Shown piece by piece: positions 63,427-64,000 of a DNA stretch of 64,000 bases. The position numbers and the translations under genes were made by a program. The notes under the pieces are model-generated. The model saw only the letters and a list, made by a program, of their open reading frames with translations. It did no database searches and was not told where the DNA came from. Source of the stretch: Xylographa opegraphella. Taxonomy: Eukaryota. Position 1 is the first letter of the stretch, and each line of letters starts with the position of its first letter. The stretch is from contig JALDZX010000007.1 in NCBI GenBank assembly GCA_022813865.1, positions 1 to 64,000 of the forward strand, given 5' to 3'.

Positions 63427-64000
63427 TCAACCCACCTTCCACATACCGACGTCCGTCTGAAATTGCAGACAGTGCTGCCGACTCAACAGCGAGACACGGA
63501 CATGGTGATCAACGCCTCCCTTCCACCCTATATCCTCGAGCGTGACCTCTCTGTTCCCACGATCCAGCGTCCAAACCTCGCCAGGGCTCCACTCGTGATG
63601 GCTATCTTCGGACCAGAGGACAAGGTGAAGAGGTCTGTCCCCCTCACCAGCGACAACGGACATGAAATCCAGACTTTGGACGAGTTGCTCGAGCGAGCAG
63701 TCTGCGCTGACGCCGAAAGCGGCGAATGCCTCCGGAGCGATGAGGTTTGGCCGGACACCGGAGGCGATGTTGGTCTGCTCTAATACGTAGTACAGCACTA
63801 GGATTTGCGAGTTCAGGAAGACGTCGCTGCTCCTTTCGTCTGGGGTGCCTTCACGTATTGGGCGCCGTGGTGTCGGATGGCGAGAATTCAGACATGGGTC
63901 GTTTGATAGGGGGCGGTGTAGAGCTAACAACTCTTGGCCATCGTTCCATGCTTGGAGGTAGAGTACGAAACTTTCCGATATCTTACCCATTTCAGTTACC
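63427..64000 (-). CDS. Hypothetical protein, probably 5'-partial
   Basis: ORF of at least 187 aa with protein-like composition. The frame stays open to the window edge. No family was recognised. Confidence 0.45.
   Translation of the reverse strand, partial: VTEMGKISESFVLYLQAWNDGQELLALHRPLSNDPCLNSRHPTPRRPIREGTPDERSSDVFLNSQILVLYYVLEQTNIASGVRPNLIAPEAFAAFGVSADCSLEQLVQSLDFMSVVAGEGDRPLHLVLWSEDSHHEWSPGEVWTLDRGNREVTLEDIGWKGGVDHHVRVSLLSRQHCLQFQTDVGMWKVG

Overview
Eukaryotic, intron-containing DNA from a filamentous ascomycete (Pezizomycotina-type GT..CTRAC..AG introns; the exact lineage cannot be fixed from this window). About 1-35 kb is mostly a housekeeping block: CECR5-type HAD hydrolase, F-box/LRR protein, casein kinase I, Kel1/Tea1 kelch polarity protein, Raptor/Kog1, aspartyl-tRNA synthetase, a Gemin2-like protein, an EEP/sphingomyelinase-like enzyme, gamma-COP, phosducin-like Plp2 and a Yap-type bZIP factor. 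About 35.9-60.3 kb is more accessory. It holds a tandem pair of divergent F-box-like genes (one broken) with conserved upstream regions and a foldback/MITE-like element between them, a peroxisomal thiolase, an amidase, a 17-bp minisatellite, two decayed D-amino-acid-oxidase-like genes, an MCT-type MFS transporter, a nitrilase, an SDR and a probable HNH-family fragment. MIA40, THI80 and a partial unknown ORF close the window. The most unusual signals are (1) an atypical Pol III-type, tRNA-Leu(CAG)-like RNA gene at 26.15-26.33 kb whose T-loop is replaced by an A-run and whose perfect B-box sits at the intron position, (2) the F-box pair, whose promoters look better conserved than their proteins, and (3) recurrent C-rich-to-G-rich skew islands that ignore gene orientation. 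All calls were made by eye with no database search; exon boundaries are manual estimates.
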